From Geosiphon pyriformis uo1 (Eukaryota > Fungi > Glomeromycota), in the NCBI GenBank assembly GCA_016748015.1, contig JAAOMT010000405.1, forward strand, positions 4,733 to 58,273: a stretch of 53,541 nucleotides of DNA. Direction: 5' to 3'. Position 1 is the first letter of the stretch. Every line of letters begins with the position of its first letter. Shown here piece after piece: positions 46,501-53,541 of the stretch. The notes under the pieces are model-generated. The model was not told the DNA's origin and did no database searches. It was given only the letters and a program-made list of their open reading frames with translations. The translations under genes and the position numbers were made by a program.

Positions 46501-48229
46501 TGTTTGTGTTAGAGTCAGCCTTTCAAACAACTTTTTGGCAGGTGTAGTTTGTATTTTTTCTGGGTGTGATTTGTCTTTGGGTGGCTCTCTGGCTGGTGTT
46601 TTTCGTCTTTGGTGTGGTACTTCTATGTCTCTTGTACTTAATGAAATGATTTTTTTCAAATGTGTCTCCTCCTTCAGGCATTATGGTATTGCTTTTGTAG
46701 AGCAGCTTTGTGACCGGAATGGCATTGCTTTTGATTGGAAGACTTTTAAGCATTGGAAGAGACTGGACCCCTGTAGCCTGGTCTCTTCTTGGTTTAATCT
46801 CTCCATACGTTTTCTCAATGGTGTAGCTTCTCTTTATGGTTGTTCCCCTCATGAAGGTGTTGGTGGTTTTTTTAACATCCGTCAGTCTCTTGGTTTTGGT
46901 GTTATTTGTAATAATCTTTTGGGTGTTAGAGCCATCCACCTCTCTGTGTACACAGATGGGTTTTTGAGTAACTTGGGCACTGTTGACATGTTGGCTGATG
47001 CTGCAGTTTTCTTTGAGAACATTAATTCAGGTCTGGACATGGGGGTTTCCGGGTTGGTTTCTTCTACTTTGGCAGAGTTGCAGGCCATTGCTTTGGCACT
47101 TGAATGTGTTCTTTTTTCTCGTTCAGTTGACTTGTTTTCAGACAGTTAGGCAGTTATCGATGCTTGCAGGTTGGAGTCTTTATTGGTTGGCCCTGATTTC
47201 AAGAATCATTGTTGGATTGAGCATTGTTACATCGCCAATATCATCCATTACAAAAATTTGGATGTTAATTGGATTAAGGTTAAGGGCCATTTGGGTGTCT
47301 CAGACAATAAGTGTGTTGATGCACTGGCTATGAATACTGCCTTTTTTGCCTGGCACCTGCCCCACTTGGTCAGTGAGAGGTTTTTGAAGGCTGGTGTTAA
47401 TATGGTTTCTGGTAATTCAAGGCATTTTGTTCGTGATGTATTTAGGTCAATTCATCGTGTGCATTGGGAGGTTGGTTCTGGTTCCCAGGTTGTTCCAGGT
47501 TGTTTGCATGCTGATATTGACTGGTTGAGGTCCTCTCTGGTATGGCACCTTGATTTCCACATGGCAACTGGTTTTACTAGTGTTCGGATGGCTGGTTTTC
47601 GTACATATTTCATGAAAGTCCTTCATCATCACCATCCTGTTGCTGTGTGAAAGCGTCTGTATGATAGGGATTATCCCAGTGTGGTTTGTTTGTTCTGTGG
47701 TGAGGTTGAAGTCTCAGACCATGTCTTTTCTTGCTCTTCTGAAGCTAATAGTTGTGTCAATTTGTTGGACACTTAGGCAGCTACATAGGAGGTGCGTTCT
47801 GGTCTGTCTCATTCTTCTTCATGCACATTGCAGTTGTTGTTGACTTGCTTTTCAGATATGACTGTCAGTATGGCCCTGTGTAAAGGTTTTGTTTTCAGCA
47901 ATTGGTATTGCAAGTCTGTTTCTGTTTACAAGAATCTTAAGGTGGCAGTGATCAATGTTGTGAATTTTGTACGGGAGTTTTGTTTTGCATTTCGTGATAA
48001 AATTTGGCTGGTCTGTATGAAACACCGGGCCATTATAGAGAAGAATAAGTTAATTCCATGTGATGGTTCTATTCCTATCACTGTTTCTGGTTTTTTTGCA
48101 TGGCTTTCGGCTGGGGTAATTAGATTGTTGGGTGTTGCTGATGCACTCAGCATTAGTTTTGGGTATCATGAACATTGTTTGTTTTATGTAGGTATTAGTG
48201 ACATGGCTTCTGTTTATATAAGTGCATAG
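43541..48229 (+). pseudogene. LINE D ORF2: APE-RT-RNase H-CCHC (in frame, many premature stops)
   Basis: WKIATCNVRGLN, ILGGDFN, TDH, FVDDTI, VYTDGFL, KVKGHLGVSDN, CLFCGEVEVSDHVFSC. Confidence 0.94.
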
Positions 48230-49169
48230 TGTTGTTCTGACTGGTCTAAGTGTCTGGTCATGTGTAGCAAAGGCATGATTCGTGTCTAGTTTAGATTATT
48301 TGTATGATGTATAGCACTAGGTGGCATTTAGACTCCACTCATTAAACTTTAATAATAATAATAATAAAAATCATATTATTTAAGCTTATAACAATAAACA
48401 ACATCTTTTTGCTTTGCAAAAACATTAATATTTTTAATATTACAAGTAGTATCTTCTAGATAAGATCAATTAATGGTAAAAAAAAGCATCTAAACCCAAA
48501 TTAATATTCTTTATTTTGGTCAACAGATCTAAAACCAAATCAAACAAATTGTTTATTTTATTTTTTAACTTAAAAATAATTAATAAATCAAAAATATTGC
48601 TTTTATAATAGTTTTACTACTAGTAATTATATGTGAATTTTTATTTATTACTATATTTATTTTTTAATTTTGTGATAAAAAAGTTATCAATGGCTAACAT
48701 TCAGAGTTAAACTAGAAAACTATTGACTTAAGTGTGTTTAATTTCTTAGTCAACTTATTAACTTGCTTTGCAAAACTAGTAAAACTGTGTTTAAAAGCAA
48801 CAAACTTATTATTTATATCTATTGTAATTAGTAAAAGAGACTTTATTTTTGAGAAAAAATCAACTTTTAACAAATTATTTTATTCTGAAAAAAACAAAAA
48901 CAAAAAAAAAAAATATTAACAACTTAAGTTCAAGTTTACCACTAAAAAAAACTAAATAAATAAGTACTTGTTTTTTTATATATATTGGCTAATTATATCT
49001 TATTTTAAAAAAAAACTGACTTTCTATTATGACTACTTGAATTTCTACTATTAAAATACATACTAAAAACATGACTAAATTGTTTATACTAAGTAAAACA
49101 GCTAATAACAAGTTAATTTAGTGTAAATTTATATTCTTAAAAACCAAAATAGAATTAATGCCAGTTTTT

Positions 49170-52100
49170 TTTAATTTTTTTTTTTTTTTATATTTTAATG
49201 AGTGAGGTCCAAACACGACCTAGTGCTATACATCATACAAATGATCTAAACTAGGTGCAAATCATGCGCTTTCTACACGTAACCAGCCATTCAGGCCAGT
49301 CAGGACTATACTATACACTTATATGCACAGAAACCGAATCTTCAATATCTGAAAAAAATGGACAAAATTTACGAAACCCAAAACCAACACCAAATGCCTC
49401 AGCCACCCCCAGCAATCTAACCACACCAGCCGAAAGCACCTTAGACAAACCAGAAACCGAAGCAGGAATAGAGCCATCACTTGGAATCAAACCATGCTTC
49501 TTCATAAACACTCGGTGTCTGGCCCAGACCAACCAAACATTATCCCGAAATGCTAAACAAAACTCACGCATAAAGCTCACAATCCTCTTAGCACCCTCCC
49601 TAGAATCTTTAAAGACCAAGACAGACTCATGAAACCATTCATCGAAAACAAAACCCTTACACAGAGCAACACTAACTCCGACCTCAAAAACACAAAAAGC
49701 TAAGGCCTATAAGACACATGAAGAAGAGTGAGAAAGGCCAGAAAGAGCCTCCCAAGTTGAAGCATGTGCGTCCAACAAACGAGCATGGCCAGCGGCATCC
49801 TGAGGACATGAAAAAACATGATCCGAGGTCTCAACATCACCACAAAACAGACAGACCACACTGGGGTAACTCCTGTCATATAAACGCTTGTGCACAGCAA
49901 CAGGAAGCTGATGATAGAGAGCCTTCATAAAGTAAGTACGACATCCCGCCGTGTGCATGCTGGTAAAACTGGATGTCAAGTGAGAATTGGGGTGCTATAC
50001 CATAGAAAACATAGACCAATTGACATTAGCATGCAAACTATCATCTATAACACGAGAACCCACTCCAATCTCCCAACGAGCTCGGTGAAATGACCAGAAA
50101 ACATCACGAACAAAGTGTCTAGAATTACCAGAAACCACCATGCCACCAGCACATAGAAAACGTTCACTGACTAAATGAAGTAGGCGCCAAGCAGAGTGAG
50201 CAGCACCCTTGGCAAGCGCATCAACATGCTCGTTGTCTGAGACACCTGAATGATCTTTCACCTTAACCCAATTTACATCCAAATTCTTTTGACGAATGAC
50301 AGTGGCAATGTGACGACGCTCAATCCAACAGTGGTTCCTAAAATTCAGACGAACCAGTGAAGACTCTGACCTACATGCATCTAAAGCAGCCTGGCTATCC
50401 AAGAACAAATCAATCAAATGAGAAAAAGGAACACACTCAAGGGCCAAAGCTATGGCCTGCAGTTCCATCAGAGTAGAAGAAACCAAACCAGACACCCCAA
50501 CACCCAAACCCAAGTTAATGTCCTCAAAAAAAGCAGTAGCACCTGCTTTCATGTCAGCAGTGCCCAGACCAGAAAGAGACCCATCCGTATACACAGAAAG
50601 GCAAGCAGCATCAATGGTTGGCAAAGTGTCACGAATCACACCAAAATTATGAGAAAGACGAATATCAGGCACAGCTTGACCATCTACCAAAGAAGAACTT
50701 GAGAAAAGAGAAACAACACCACCAAGAAAGTAAACGGAAAGATCAAACCAGAAAGGGACTGGGCCACGAGGGTCTAGCCTCTTCCAGCATTTGAAGGTAC
50801 TCCAACTGAAAACATCACCATTACGGTCATAAAGCTGTTCTACGAAAGCAATTCCATAACGCCTGAGCGAAGAGATGCACTTGAAAAAACAGAATTCACC
50901 AAGAACCAAAGACATAGGAGTACCACACTGATGACGAAAAGCACAATCCAGAGGGCCTTCCAAAGACAAATCACACCCAGAAAAAATACAAACCACACCT
51001 GCCAAAAAATTATCCAAGGGACCGACACCAACACAAACCGAAAACAGCAAAGAATGACAAGGACACCAGCTGAGAACCTGGAAGTCATGAGACCTATGAG
51101 AAAACAAGCGACCCAAGACATCAGTAGAATTCGCAAAAGCAACAACGGAGGCCGATTTACTCTCAGCCTGTATCTGTTCGAAAGTTTTTAAATTGTACAA
51201 AGAGGTGTGATGAAATGCATTACTGGGGAAATCACGTGGCAACCCAGACTTGGATTTTAAGATCTTGCAAATCAAAGCATCCTATTTACTACAAACACCA
51301 ACAGAAACGAAACTGAACTGGGTCCTGTAGCTGATGATAGGGAAAAAAACTGCAGACACCAAATATGCACACTGTTTGTCCAAAATTGCCTTTCTTAAAA
51401 CAAGATTCACAAAGAACCGTACATCAGCCTGAGCCTTAGCCAAGCTGGGCTTCGAAAGACCCTCAGAAGACAAAAAAATACCCAAATAGCAATGAGATTC
51501 CCCTTTCTTGGCAATGGAAATAGGTGCCCCACTGATAGTCAAATGAGGATCCAGCACCCGGCAATTGATGGGGATAGCCACCGTTTTGTCATTGTTTATA
51601 GAAATATTGTTAAACCTAAAAAACTCGCTAGCAACATCAAGGATGCATTGTGTAGCAGCCTGGCTGCTACCAACCCAGATAGTATCATTGACAAAAGCGC
51701 TGGCAGCAAGAAATGAAGACAGCCCAGCTCGAGGATCCACCCAGCCAGTCCTTAATATGGAATGAGAATTCAACCTGTAGCCATACACACTATCCTGTCT
51801 CTTGACCTCACACAAAAGTGAATCATAAAAAATACGCCAGAGAAGAGGCAAGAAAACTTCCCCTTGATCCAGCCTATCGTGGACACAATACCTATCAGTC
51901 AAGCCAAAGTCGGTCATCACTTTGTTGATGTGACCATTGTGAATACTGCCAAAAAATCTAATAAACCTGTTACACATTTTGATCCTGACTAGACTCCTCC
52001 TAAGATGTTCCCAACCAACCGAGTTATAAGCCTTGCGCATGTCCTGTAAAACCAGCCAAAGTTCACGGTTCTTTTCCAAGGCATCCTCAACCACAGAACT

Positions 52101-53541
52101 GATAGCAAAAATGGGAGATTGAGTCGTTGTACCCTTCAAAACCAAAAAATTGTCTCCATGAAGAACATCAAAAGTGTTGCAAGCCAGAGAAATCCTATTC
52201 GAAAGGATCTTGGAGAGAATCTTGTAGGCCGTTTCAATTAAAGCTATAGGATGGGTGTTCGTGAAAACTCCCTCCCATTCATATGGTTTAGGAATCATCG
52301 AAACCCAAGCTTCTCTCCAAGGCCCAGGAACCGACTCGCCAACCAAACAGAAATTCAAGAGCACCAAAAGCATATCCAAAACAGATTTGTCACAATGTTT
52401 CTATAATTCATTGGAGATACCAGAAAGACCAGCCGCTTTTCCATCAGGAAGATCTTTAACAACAGCTAACAACTCATCAAAACTAATCAAACACATGACA
52501 TCAAAGAAAGCACCATCGAATACATAATCCAGAGGCCGATATTGACGGGCCCAATCCTCAGATAAGTCAGACACCACTTCACGTTTTCTGGTCCATCCCT
52601 CCATAATTTTGTCCATCTTAGACTTAACCAAATCAGGCTCTAAAATCAACTCATCTTCTACAACCAAATGATCCAGGACCACCTTGCGAAGAGGACGCTT
52701 CAAAACACTCCTAATGGTGTGACTCTTGTTTAGCTCAAAACTCTCTATTCTCTTACCAATAGCTTGCTTGATCGAGGATTCCTCAGCACGCTTGAATTCC
52801 ACTAACTTGAAGGAGCGATATGATTTTCTAGCTTTGGCCAGTGCAGAGCGAATAAGATTAAAATTAGAACCTGAAAGAAACAGAGACTTAACCACTGATG
52901 CACCAGGGGCATCAAGTCTGTGCCACACCTCCAACAAAGAAGCAAAACCATCACTAAAAGCCAAACGTGAAGCCTTGACCAACTTAAAAACCAGCAGCTC
53001 CAGCTTGTGAAACCTAGAAGAAGTCTTGGTGAACACGCCATCAAAACCTTTGAACCATTTTTTCTTAAATGTACCACCCGCTGAGAGAACCATAATCTTG
53101 CAAACAATGTCCCACATAGTGTCCACATCTGAAAATTTTACTGCCACACCGAAAGCATCTGAGAACATAGAGACATTAGCAGCTGAGGCATCCCTGAACT
53201 CCAACCACTTAGCTTCATTGGCACTTTTGACGTCAAACTTCCAATGATCTTTATTCACTTGCTTGTGAAGAGAATTCAAACACGTATCCAAGAGCCCACC
53301 CAGACCCAAATCCACTGAAACAGCTTGATGGTCTGTGTCAAAATGCTCACTGACATTCAAAACCTTATGACGCACTATCGCATTGACAAGACTTGAGAAG
53401 ACAAACACATAATCAATTGTTTTCTTAACGCCCCTAGAATTTTCTCAAGTGGGCATTTTTGCAGCTGGGCTGCCAACTAAAGAATTGACCAGACCCAAAT
53501 CAAAGCATCTTTTGAAACTTGCACTTTTATGAAAGCCGTCT
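49170..53541 (-). mobile_element. LINE copy E (least decayed; continues past window end)
   Basis: Poly(T) on + at ~49170-49189, shared 3'UTR, long ORF2 pieces of 335/365/426 aa. Confidence 0.95.
49311..53541 (-). pseudogene. LINE E ORF2 (C-terminal APE, RT, RNase H, CCHC)
   Basis: IDYVF, TDH, LQDMRKAYNSV, AFVNDTIW, VYTDGSL, HSGVSDNEHVD, CLFCGDVETSDHVFSC; few stops, mostly at Trp codons. Confidence 0.94.

Larger units (their letters stand above)
41597..48357 (+). mobile_element. LINE copy D, full length, (TAA)n tail, 15-bp TSD
   Basis: ataataataaaaatc at 41582-41596 and 48358-48372; 5' inverted repeat; ORF1/ORF2; shared 3'UTR. Confidence 0.95.

Noticed and set aside
43541-48229. Alternative genetic code (TGA=Trp) or readthrough making ORF2 intact
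   Set aside because: Stops include TAG and TAA, fall at Trp, Gln and Arg positions, and differ between copies; most Trp codons remain TGG
49190-49310. Hammerhead ribozyme in the 3'UTR (CUGA...GAAA)
   Set aside because: No CUGANGA core, and GAAA is not conserved in B, C or D

Overview
AT-rich eukaryotic (fungal-like) DNA made almost entirely of decaying retrotransposons. From recollection the element style resembles Glomeromycotina/Mucoromycota repeats; this is not verified. No intact host gene is visible. Contents: (i) five diverged copies of one ~6.8-7 kb non-LTR (LINE) superfamily: A (- 4003-10781), B (+ 10988-17976), C (+ ~18686-25503), D (+ 41597-48357) and E (- 49170 to the window end). 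ORF1 has RRM-like folds, a CCHC knuckle and coiled coils; ORF2 is APE-RT-RNase H-CCHC; all copies are broken by stops or frameshifts. (ii) A nest of Ty3/Gypsy LTR elements at ~25.8-41.2 kb, including a near-complete element (- 31809-41180) whose Pol carries Cys-rich segments and a dUTPase between protease and RT, plus an extra ORF after integrase. (iii) Older relics at 0-4 kb: a ~95-bp hairpin, an intron-containing pseudogene, a Tc1-like transposase and a LINE ORF1 fragment. The most unusual signals are: a conserved fold-back hairpin with a palindromic loop where the tRNA primer-binding site should be in three Gypsy copies; conserved 5'-terminal, ORF1-internal and 3'-UTR RNA stems in the LINEs; an AUGA stop/start overlap; apparent ORF1 swapping between LINE lineages; and a 177-bp Gypsy fragment captured inside LINE B. 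All coordinates were read by eye and may be off by a few bases.
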